Positions 17,572-25,721 of a stretch of 57,276 bases of DNA are shown one piece after another. Under the pieces are notes generated by a model. The model was given only the letters and a program-made list of their open reading frames with translations, was not told the DNA's origin and did not search any database. The DNA is from an uncultured Rhizobiaceae group bacterium. Its GTDB lineage: Bacteria > Pseudomonadota > Alphaproteobacteria > Rhizobiales > Rhizobiaceae. A program made the translations under genes and the position numbers. How positions within the stretch are numbered: the first letter of the stretch is position 1; each line of letters starts with the position of its first letter. The stretch covers positions 1-57,276 of the forward strand of contig CALFBM010000051.1 of NCBI GenBank assembly GCA_937951645.1. Reading direction: 5' to 3'.

Positions 17572-19635
17572 TTAGAAAATAAAATCGTCTGAAGAAAGAT
17601 CACTTGCAAGTACGTTTTCAAGCAGAATTGTACCGTAGCTTCCAACTTCGATAACAGCGCCTTCTGATGTATCTGAAATGGCAAGATTATCCATTGATGT
17701 AATACCATCAAGATCTAGCCAAATACGGTCAGTGCGACCTATACCTGCCTCAAAGTCGGTGATAACATCATTACCAAACAGAGCCTTATACAAGAATACG
17801 TCATTACCTGCACCGCCTGTTAGAGTGTCATCATCCTGCATGCCAATAATATAATCATTACCAGCTCCACCATTTATGATGTCATTACCAGCTTGGCCAA
17901 CAAGTCTATTTTGTGCGTCGTCACCAATGATCGTGTCATCGTAATTTGAACCATCTACATATTCAACGCCAGTATAAGTATCACCTGTTGCTTCACCATC
18001 AAAACCACCGTTTGCTAGATCAACACCAACACCTGCTACAGCGTCTTTATAAACTGCCGTATCACCTGTTCCAGCACCACCATCCAGTATATCAGCACCT
18101 TCACCACCAACTAGGTAGTCTTTACCTTCACCACCAAAGAGTTGGTCATTACCTTCGGCACCAACAAGACGGTTATGAGCATCATCACCAATGAGGACAT
18201 CATCATAATTTGAACCATAAACAAACTCCACACCACTATAAGTATCACCATCTGCTTCTCCAGCAGATCCGCCATTTACAAGATCAACGATAACACCACT
18301 ATTCGCATTGCCGTAATCAGCTGCATCCCGTGAGCCAGAACCACCGTTTAATTCATCCGCGCCATGGCCACCAACAAGAATATCATTGCCAGCACCACCG
18401 TTAAGAATATCGTTGCCTTTATCACCAACCAAACGGTTTACTTTATCATCGCCTGTAAGAACATCATTATAATAAGAACCATAAATATATTCGATACCGC
18501 TAAGTGTGTCGTCTTCTGCATAACCACCAAAACCAACACCTGTTTCAAGATTTACAATAACACCTTCATGCGACCAGTCGTATTCAGCAACATCACGATC
18601 ACCTTCACCACCATCAAGGTGATCAGCACCACGGCCACCAAGTAGCGTATCATCTCCGCCGCCACCATAAAGTTGGTCATCACCATTTCTACCAACAAGA
18701 CGATTGGTTTTATCATCACCAATTAAAATATCGTCATGATGAGAACCATGAATAAATTCTACGTTCTCATATGTATCGCCTTCGGCTTCACCGCCACTAC
18801 CCGTACCATTATTTAAATCAACCACAACACAGGTAGAGCTGGCATGGAAACCAACTATATCCCGCTCACCTGTGCCACCATCAATATCATCCGCACCTTC
18901 ACCGCCAATAATGGCATCATTACCGGCACCGCCCTCGATAACATCATCTCCAGCACCGCCATCGATCAGGTCATTACCGCCATCAATAGCAGGATTAAAC
19001 CCATCATCAACGCCGAAAACACCAACATTATCAATAGTCATACCCAGAGAATCAGACCTTCCCGTTGCTCTGAATTCCAAACGCGAACTATCAGAATCAA
19101 CAGGTACTTCAATCGTAATCGTTGTCCAGTCAAAATCGGACAGACCTCGACCTTCAGCAGTGGCAGAAAAAATCAACTCCCCGTCCCAGTAAACTTCAAT
19201 ACCATTAGAAGCCTCACTCACACCCGGGCGTGGTGAATAATCAAATGAAACTGTGTAAGCCAGATTTGGATCAAGACCTGTAATGTCACGATAGATAATT
19301 GAATTTGCGGTTGAATCCAACTCAAGAACCGTATCACCATCAGAAGCAGTTCCTACGGCACCTGACCGTTGAAGTTCAATTAATGGCGCTCCATCAGGGC
19401 GCTTCCAGCCATTTACTTCCTCAAACAATCCCCAGCTACCACGATTGAAATCATCATGAAATTCAAAGGAATTATTCAAATCATTCCGGTTATTGCGATC
19501 AGTATCACCTTTAAGAGTATCATTACTACCCTGGCCAACGAGCGTATCATCAGTGGTAAACCCACCCAGGACGTCTTCATTCTCTGTCCCAACAATTGTT
19601 TGATCGCTACCGTGGAGATAATCTGGATTATTCAT
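17572..19635 (-). CDS. Secreted RTX-type calcium-binding repeat protein (probable T1SS substrate / adhesin)
   Basis: Many GGxGxD nonapeptides (GGAGNDILVGGHGADELNGG). N-terminal beta-rich domain of about 220 aa. Acidic-hydrophobic C-terminus ...LSSDDFIF and no signal peptide. I prefer the ATG at 19635 (GGGAG RBS) to TTG 19656. Confidence 0.85.
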   Translation of the reverse strand: MNNPDYLHGSDQTIVGTENEDVLGGFTTDDTLVGQGSNDTLKGDTDRNNRNDLNNSFEFHDDFNRGSWGLFEEVNGWKRPDGAPLIELQRSGAVGTASDGDTVLELDSTANSIIYRDITGLDPNLAYTVSFDYSPRPGVSEASNGIEVYWDGELIFSATAEGRGLSDFDWTTITIEVPVDSDSSRLEFRATGRSDSLGMTIDNVGVFGVDDGFNPAIDGGNDLIDGGAGDDVIEGGAGNDAIIGGEGADDIDGGTGERDIVGFHASSTCVVVDLNNGTGSGGEAEGDTYENVEFIHGSHHDDILIGDDKTNRLVGRNGDDQLYGGGGDDTLLGGRGADHLDGGEGDRDVAEYDWSHEGVIVNLETGVGFGGYAEDDTLSGIEYIYGSYYNDVLTGDDKVNRLVGDKGNDILNGGAGNDILVGGHGADELNGGSGSRDAADYGNANSGVIVDLVNGGSAGEADGDTYSGVEFVYGSNYDDVLIGDDAHNRLVGAEGNDQLFGGEGKDYLVGGEGADILDGGAGTGDTAVYKDAVAGVGVDLANGGFDGEATGDTYTGVEYVDGSNYDDTIIGDDAQNRLVGQAGNDIINGGAGNDYIIGMQDDDTLTGGAGNDVFLYKALFGNDVITDFEAGIGRTDRIWLDLDGITSMDNLAISDTSEGAVIEVGSYGTILLENVLASDLSSDDFIF
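17797..18864 (-). repeat. Four tandem 267-nt (89-aa) supermodules inside the RTX gene
   Basis: Protein residues 265-353, 354-442, 443-531 and 532-620 align unit by unit: RD..(Y)...GV.VDL..G...GEA.GDTY.GVE...GS.YDD.L.GDD..NRLVG..GND.L.GG.G.D.L.GG.GAD.L.GG.G. Confidence 0.85.
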
Positions 19636-19791
19636 TTTGTAAGCTCCCTGGCCCAACTTTCAAGAGATTCCATAATTATGAAAAAATAATATACGCTCAA
19701 GATATCAAGATAAGTTTGACCTAGAGGGCAAAATTTTAGTGGATTTGGAAAATGAAAATTATTATTTATTTAACCATACAGATATGCCAGT

Positions 19792-19816
19792 AAAAAACCC
19801 GGCAAGAACACTGGGC
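19792..19816 (-). terminator. Possible rho-independent terminator after the dehydrogenase gene
   Basis: The minus-strand RNA GCCCAG...CCGGGU forms a short imperfect stem followed by U6 (the A6 run at 19792-19797 on the plus strand). Confidence 0.4.
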
Positions 19817-19868
19817 TTAATAAATTTCCAATTCAGAAAATTCTGACCAAAGAGTGGAATTTAAAAAA

Positions 19869-21218
19869 TCATGGTGTCCAGTAATTAAACTGTAGTTGAG
19901 CTAACTCTTCATCAAAGAGACCACGCAAATCAACAATTGGTGCGCCACGACCAATGACAGATGCAAGCCTGAAAAGGTCAATCTCTTCAACAAAGCAATC
20001 ATGTTTTGCTGTTACTACAACCGCATCATATGGGCCTTCTTCTTCCAAAGAATTAATGACTTTTGCACCTCGGCCACCTTCAAAATGCCCATCATCAGCA
20101 ATTGGATCATAAGAGAAAACATCTGCTCCTCGTGTCCAAAGACTATCCATTACAGCAAAAGATTTTGAGTTACGAATGTCCGGGCAGTTATCTTTAAAGG
20201 TACGACCAAGAACAAGAACGCGCTTGTCTTTTAGATTGTGTGACTCAGGGTCAAGCATCTCATGCAGCTTGTCAGAGATATAATGCGCAGTACGTTCGTT
20301 GACTTGACGCGCTGATGCAACCATATCCATGGCAAGACCATGGCCACGGCCTGCACTTAAAAGATAAAATGGATCAACAGAAATACAATGTCCACCGACA
20401 AGGCCTGGGAAGTATTTATGGAAATTCCACTTGGAACCTGCTGCAGCAACAACATCTGTTACCTTGATATCCATGGCATCAAACAATTGCATCATTTCAT
20501 TGATAAGAGCAATGTTCACATCACGCTGGGTATTTTCCAAAATTTTTGCAGCTTCCGCAACTTTAATAGATGCTGCTTTAAACAAGCCTGCTTTTACAAC
20601 GCGAGAATAAAGCTCTGCCAAAAAGTCAGTTACTGCTGGTGTAGACCCAGAAACAATCTTTGAAATATCACCCACACGACGCGCATGTTCGCCTGGTGAA
20701 ACACGCTCCGGCGAGTAACCAACATAAAAATCAATGCCTTCACGCATACCGGACTCTTCTTCAAGAATGGGTACGCATTTGTTTTCTGTAGTGCCCGGGT
20801 CAACAGTTGATTCATATACAACTACACAACCACGTTTCATGTTCTGACCAATTGTTCTACTTGCAGCAAGCACTGGGCGATAATCAGGCTTGTTACCTTG
20901 CATCACAGGTGTTGGAACACAAACCATCATGACATCTGCATGATGAAGTGCATTCACATCGCAGGTAAAATCCATATTCTCTTTTGTAAGGTCTTCAGGA
21001 GAAGTCATATCAGTTGAATCTTCACCATTTCGAAGCGCTTCAATCTTTGAAGCATCAATATCAAAACCAATAGTACGTGCATCATCTGCAAAACCTACCA
21101 TCAAGGGTAATCCAACATATCCTAGCCCGAGAACGGCTACGATTGATTTTTCCGGTCGTGGAAGTTTAACCGCTTCAAGAATTTCAAACGGCTTCTGTAC
21201 AGCAACTGATGTGCTCAT
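19869..21218 (-). CDS. UDP-N-acetyl-hexosamine 6-dehydrogenase (TviB/WbpO/CapL-like nucleotide-sugar dehydrogenase)
   Basis: GLGYVGLPL Rossmann motif, YESTVDPGTTE, GYSPERVSPG (the HexNAc-dehydrogenase form, not the NPEFL of Ugd), catalytic GGHCIS, AEAAKILENTQRDVNIAL. Confidence 0.85.
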   Translation of the reverse strand: MSTSVAVQKPFEILEAVKLPRPEKSIVAVLGLGYVGLPLMVGFADDARTIGFDIDASKIEALRNGEDSTDMTSPEDLTKENMDFTCDVNALHHADVMMVCVPTPVMQGNKPDYRPVLAASRTIGQNMKRGCVVVYESTVDPGTTENKCVPILEEESGMREGIDFYVGYSPERVSPGEHARRVGDISKIVSGSTPAVTDFLAELYSRVVKAGLFKAASIKVAEAAKILENTQRDVNIALINEMMQLFDAMDIKVTDVVAAAGSKWNFHKYFPGLVGGHCISVDPFYLLSAGRGHGLAMDMVASARQVNERTAHYISDKLHEMLDPESHNLKDKRVLVLGRTFKDNCPDIRNSKSFAVMDSLWTRGADVFSYDPIADDGHFEGGRGAKVINSLEEEGPYDAVVVTAKHDCFVEEIDLFRLASVIGRGAPIVDLRGLFDEELAQLQFNYWTP

Positions 21219-21543
21219 ATTATGTATCCCTGCTCATTATATATACGCTCTTCTTTGGAGCTATTGTTCAACGCATCTTTGCCCGCGTTGGTATGACATT
21301 TACATCACAGATTAAAACATTTGGTTATCAGGCTTGGTTAAAATAACCTTATGATTTTATTGTATTTCTACAGACCTAAGCAACTATTTGTTTACTCTGT
21401 TTTCGAATACAAAAGCAGTTACTTCCCATTAACTTTGAATCTTAAGAACACATTTATATGCCCCTTATATATTGATTTGCAGGGACGCTAAACGCGGGGC
21501 ATAATACCGCTTTTAGTCATGCAAATAAAAAGAGAAAAAACGC

Positions 21544-22770
21544 ATGATTAATTTAAACGGCATAGAATGGCTCTTTGCCATACTGGTGCTTATCATATTC
21601 ACGAACAGGTATCTGTTTGGAAGCATTCTTCGTATGTTGGATAAACGTACGAAGCATGGATTCAGCAAAGAACCAGATGTGTGGCCAACTGTAACAATTG
21701 TTACGCCTGTATATAATGAAGGCGCAACCGTTATCCAGACAGCAGATAGTTTTGCCAAACTCAATTACCCAAAAGACAAATTGAATGTAATCTTTGTAGA
21801 TGACTTATCTACAGACGACACTTACGAACATCTTCTAACGGCGCAAAAAAATCATCCATGGATGCAAGTAACGCGCAACCCACACAATATGGGCAAACGT
21901 CTGGGCATCAAGCGCGCTGTTCTTACAATTAATACTGATCTTGTCATGTCTGTTGATTCAGATGTGATTGTTGAGCGCGATGCAATGCGCAATATGGTAA
22001 AGCACATGCACTCAACAGGCGTTGATGCAGTTGGTGGTTGTGTGTTTGTATCCAATGCCGACGAAAATTGGCTGACACGAATGCAGGCGGTTAAATACTG
22101 GGTTGGTTACATGTTCTTGAAAAATATCGAGAACACCTTCGACCACGTTATGTGTCTGTCCGGATGTTTGACACTGTATAAGCGTGAAGCATTAATTGCT
22201 GTAGATGACGATGTTGCTGACCGCCGTTTCCTTGGTGATGAAGTTAAATACGGTGAAGACCGCTTCCTTACTCGCAAGCTTGTCGAAAAAGGTTACAAGA
22301 CACGCCTTACCTTTGATGCGCAGTGTTATACAAAAGCACCTGCAACAATGGCTAACTACATTTCGCAGCAGTTACGTTGGCGTCGTTCAAACATGATTGA
22401 TCTGCTCACCGCCATTCCACATATCAACAAGTTCAACACCTATGTTGCCATTCATTACATTGCCATGGGCATGTTATTGTTGTTCTACCCAATGGTTTTG
22501 TTGGTTGAGTTCATTCGTCTGGGTTTCATTATTCCGATGATGCTGCATGCATTACTGGCTGCATGTTTCGGCATTGCTTATGAGTTAAACAAACACAAAG
22601 TTCCTGAAATGGCTCGCACAGATGGTATCTGGTTTATGGCCATGGCGCTTATCTTCCCTGTAGTTTACTTGACGCTAAACCCGTTGGCACTTGCAACACT
22701 TGGTACTACATCATGGGAAACTCGTGGCGCTGCAAAAAAGAAAAAAGCAAAGGCAGTAATTGCTAAATGA
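21544..22770 (+). CDS. Processive family-2 glycosyltransferase, NodC/HasA/chitin-synthase-like membrane synthase
   Basis: VTPVYNEG, FVDDLSTDD, SVDSDV (DxD), GEDRFLT, QQLRWRRS (22366-22380). One N-terminal and 3-4 C-terminal TM helices. Confidence 0.85.
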   Translation: MINLNGIEWLFAILVLIIFTNRYLFGSILRMLDKRTKHGFSKEPDVWPTVTIVTPVYNEGATVIQTADSFAKLNYPKDKLNVIFVDDLSTDDTYEHLLTAQKNHPWMQVTRNPHNMGKRLGIKRAVLTINTDLVMSVDSDVIVERDAMRNMVKHMHSTGVDAVGGCVFVSNADENWLTRMQAVKYWVGYMFLKNIENTFDHVMCLSGCLTLYKREALIAVDDDVADRRFLGDEVKYGEDRFLTRKLVEKGYKTRLTFDAQCYTKAPATMANYISQQLRWRRSNMIDLLTAIPHINKFNTYVAIHYIAMGMLLLFYPMVLLVEFIRLGFIIPMMLHALLAACFGIAYELNKHKVPEMARTDGIWFMAMALIFPVVYLTLNPLALATLGTTSWETRGAAKKKKAKAVIAK

Positions 22771-24413
22771 TGCCAACTTTGCTGCATACGGGCGAGGCAC
22801 CGGTTCAGGAAAATCTACGCAGCCGCATCATAGTAATGGGGCCTGCAGCACACGGCATTGCATCTGCACTTGTTCGTATGCAAAGCAATTCGGAAATTCA
22901 TTCTGCAAACACAGCAGCAGAAGCAATTGAAATTCTGAGAACAGGTGACTTCGATCACTTGCTAATCGACAACCGCGCTGACGGTGCGTTGAGCCTAACA
23001 ATTCCAGCGCTCTCTCGCCTGGATTCAATCGAAAACATAACAGTTCTGGCTGGCCCTCAGTCCAGCCCATCCATTTCTGCTCTCCCTGGCGTGGCAGCGG
23101 TTATTACAGAGCCGTATAATCCACTGGAAATAGCAAACTCACTAGGCATTGAAGTACGTGACAGTCGTTCACAAGAACAATCAGATAATAATCAAGGCCG
23201 CCGGGAAGAAGATAAATCACCAGCGGAAGAAATCCACGGTGGGGTGGAAGAAACCAGTGTAGATAACCATGAAGAAAACGAGCGTCCCCTTGCTCTTCGG
23301 ATGGTGTCTGCACTGGTTCATTTTATTCCAGGATTAACACCCCTGCTTTCAATGCTTTACAAGAACCTGGCTCTTACCGTTCTTTCAGCATTATTCATTG
23401 CATTTGTAAGTTACGGCATCATGATTGCCTATTTCCTTACATCTGGTGACTGGTCAAGCCCATTACAACTACAGCGTGGCCATGAACTTGTTATCAAGGC
23501 AGAACGCGACCTTGGTGAACTTCAGGTCAAACGCAACCTTGTGACACAACAATTGGCAGATGCACAAAACAAGGCAGACCGTGGTCGTTCTGCATTGGAA
23601 CGTGCAGTAACGCTTACTCAAATCACAAGCGTAACAATTGATCAGGAAATTAAAAACCACATCGAACGTCAGTCCCTGGTAAAAGGTGAAATCTCGGCGC
23701 TTCAAGGTGTCTTAAACTCATATGGCACCGCAAAAAGTCGTCGTGCGGAACGAGCACGTTTACAAAATGACTTCAAACGCCGCGTCATAACGCGCACACT
23801 TTTACAGCGCTCGTTGCTAAATCTTTCCGAGATTGAAGAAAATATCGTAAACATGCGTGAAAAAGTTTCAACAAAGAAGACAGAAGCAAAACTTGGCGAA
23901 CAATCAATCGCTTATCTAAAACAGTTAAAAAGCCAATTAACAAATGACAAAGATAAAATTGGTCTTTACGGGGGTAAGGCCGAGTTTATCCCGATCGCTA
24001 ACCAGGTGATTGAAGTACAGCAAGTTCGCTCTGCCGGAAAAGCTGATGTTGATGAATTTAAGATCACCGAAAAAACTTTAAACAACAGCCTGTCGGTACT
24101 TGAAAATTCCATTACAGAACTTGAGAAAACACCAATGATCAGGGCTCTTGAAAAGCCGGTAAATGTTCTCTTTGTTCCTTATGACAATCTTGACACTTAC
24201 GAACAGGGTGAGCGTCTTTACACCTGCGCTATCGCCATTATCTGGTGCAGTAATGTGGGCACCGTTGGTGATCGCATCGGTGGCGAAATTGTAACTACAC
24301 ACCCATTCTTTGGCAAACCAATTCGTGGCCAGTTCGTGGAAGCGAACCTGACTGAAAAATCAGCAGCACAGAAAGAGATTATCCATGTTGGACGTCCTCC
24401 ACTATTTTTCTAG
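22767..24413 (+). CDS. Membrane protein: degenerate receiver-like cytoplasmic head, acidic linker, TM segment, long coiled-coil periplasmic part (adaptor-like)
   Basis: ATGA overlap with the GT2 stop. Residues 20-128 show a REC-like beta-alpha pattern. The hydrophobic block spans residues 175-225. Residues 235-450 are heptad-rich, followed by a beta-rich C-terminus. The family is not recognised; the adaptor role is inferred from architecture and context. Confidence 0.5.
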   Translation: MMPTLLHTGEAPVQENLRSRIIVMGPAAHGIASALVRMQSNSEIHSANTAAEAIEILRTGDFDHLLIDNRADGALSLTIPALSRLDSIENITVLAGPQSSPSISALPGVAAVITEPYNPLEIANSLGIEVRDSRSQEQSDNNQGRREEDKSPAEEIHGGVEETSVDNHEENERPLALRMVSALVHFIPGLTPLLSMLYKNLALTVLSALFIAFVSYGIMIAYFLTSGDWSSPLQLQRGHELVIKAERDLGELQVKRNLVTQQLADAQNKADRGRSALERAVTLTQITSVTIDQEIKNHIERQSLVKGEISALQGVLNSYGTAKSRRAERARLQNDFKRRVITRTLLQRSLLNLSEIEENIVNMREKVSTKKTEAKLGEQSIAYLKQLKSQLTNDKDKIGLYGGKAEFIPIANQVIEVQQVRSAGKADVDEFKITEKTLNNSLSVLENSITELEKTPMIRALEKPVNVLFVPYDNLDTYEQGERLYTCAIAIIWCSNVGTVGDRIGGEIVTTHPFFGKPIRGQFVEANLTEKSAAQKEIIHVGRPPLFF

Positions 24414-25698
24414 CAAAGCAAAGCCAATCACATTTGCCTTGACAGCAGCTACGCTTTTAAGCGGCTGTTCAAGTACGATTGGCACAAACCCATTCGATGT
24501 ATTCAAAAAGGGTTTTGGCAAATCTGAAGTAACAACCATAGAAGATATTATTGCCAAAAGTGAGCGCACAAAAATTGTAAAATCTGGCGACGGTACAAAA
24601 GTAGGCGTTCAAACAAGAAAAGAGGTATCTGATAATTTACAAAGCCTGGGAATTAATGCAACTGCATTGTCGCGTGCCGATCTTTCTGGTGAAGAAAATA
24701 GTGCATGGTGTCGTTACTTGCAAAAATCGGCAGAAACTGAAGCAACAATTGTAGGCTCCCCTTCTCTATCAGCATCAACAGATGATGAAGGCTCTGGTTC
24801 GCTCACCATCGGGATGAACCTGCTAGATTTCAAAAAAGCTCAACTTATCCGCCAATCAAGTGAAGCACGTTGTCGTGCACATACAGCTTCAAAAAAAATC
24901 GAAGGCACTTTGGGTCTTGCGGCAGAAGCAACAAGTTTTGCTGCAAACTGGGCAAAACAGGATTATATTCGTAGAAACTTGGGAGCATTAAATCAAATTC
25001 AGGCACAAGCGCATAGCTATGTTTCAAATGGCTCAATCACAGTTCAGGACAAAAACTCCATTGCCACTAATGTTGCTCAGTTAAAATCCGAAATGAACCG
25101 CGCACGTGCAGAAGCTGACAAGCGTAAAGATCTCCCAAGTTTCAACATAAATCAAATTAAAAGCCGTCATGGTGCTTTGGTAGAGGCAACTAATGACCTT
25201 CAAAATATTGACCGTGAAATTCGCACAGCTGACTCATTGGATCTAAGTGTGCAAACCGGTTATCGTTACAACGGCCAATTCAACGACCAGCTACAGCGCA
25301 ACGATAGTGATGGTTATTTTGCCAGCGTCAAAGTCGGCGTTAAATTGGGTGCTATCACACATCGTAGAGCTGAACTTGAAGACCAGGCAGCAAGTGCTCG
25401 TCTGGATGCACTGTTTGAAGAAAACACAGGCACTGTCTGGAAAAGCGGTTTTGCTGAAAAATCAATTGCAAACTCTCTTGTATCACTTCGCAAATCCGAA
25501 CATTCGTTGTCCGATGCCTTATCACAAACGAATGATACAATTTCAAAACTGGCTGATGCTGATAGGGCAGAAGTTATCCGCGCCAGACTAATTGCAAAAA
25601 TTCAGCGTGTAAAAATACTGTCTGATCTTGCTGCAGTACGCGCATCAATCAATCAGCTTGAAGAAAACCGCAAGAAGATCAAAGCGCTTTCAAACTAA
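24385..25698 (+). CDS. Outer-membrane lipoprotein, TolC/OMF-like
   Basis: Lipobox LLSGC (Cys28). Two segments combine beta strands with a long helical hairpin (SPSLSASTD..SLTIGMNLLDFKKAQL.. and LDLSVQTGYRYNG..ASVKVGVKLG..), resembling the two OMF repeats. It overlaps the upstream gene by 29 nt. Confidence 0.5.
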   Translation: MLDVLHYFSSKAKPITFALTAATLLSGCSSTIGTNPFDVFKKGFGKSEVTTIEDIIAKSERTKIVKSGDGTKVGVQTRKEVSDNLQSLGINATALSRADLSGEENSAWCRYLQKSAETEATIVGSPSLSASTDDEGSGSLTIGMNLLDFKKAQLIRQSSEARCRAHTASKKIEGTLGLAAEATSFAANWAKQDYIRRNLGALNQIQAQAHSYVSNGSITVQDKNSIATNVAQLKSEMNRARAEADKRKDLPSFNINQIKSRHGALVEATNDLQNIDREIRTADSLDLSVQTGYRYNGQFNDQLQRNDSDGYFASVKVGVKLGAITHRRAELEDQAASARLDALFEENTGTVWKSGFAEKSIANSLVSLRKSEHSLSDALSQTNDTISKLADADRAEVIRARLIAKIQRVKILSDLAAVRASINQLEENRKKIKALSN

Positions 25699-25721
25699 AA
25701 TGTCCAAGATTAATCAAGGCG

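Noticed and set aside
17946-19236. Several plus-strand ORFs (82-130 aa) antisense to the RTX gene
   Set aside because: They are low-complexity translations (H/Q/L- or I/T/N-rich) of the opposite strand of the GGxGxD repeats. The minus-strand frame is continuous for 694 codons with clear motifs.
21469-21520. Possible c-di-GMP (GEMM-I-like) riboswitch upstream of the synthase, because of AGGGACGCTAAACGCGGGGC
   Set aside because: Only a short stretch resembles the conserved GGGACGCAAAGCC element. I could not find the paired second hairpin or the tetraloop-receptor features. A covariance-model scan would be needed to revive this.
17572-25698. Reading the RTX protein plus the coiled-coil adaptor and TolC-like lipoprotein as a classical type I secretion locus
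   Set aside because: No ABC exporter (no Walker A/B gene) exists in or near the cluster. The adaptor and lipoprotein are translationally coupled to the GT2 synthase on the opposite strand from the RTX gene. An additional shared use of the duct cannot be excluded.
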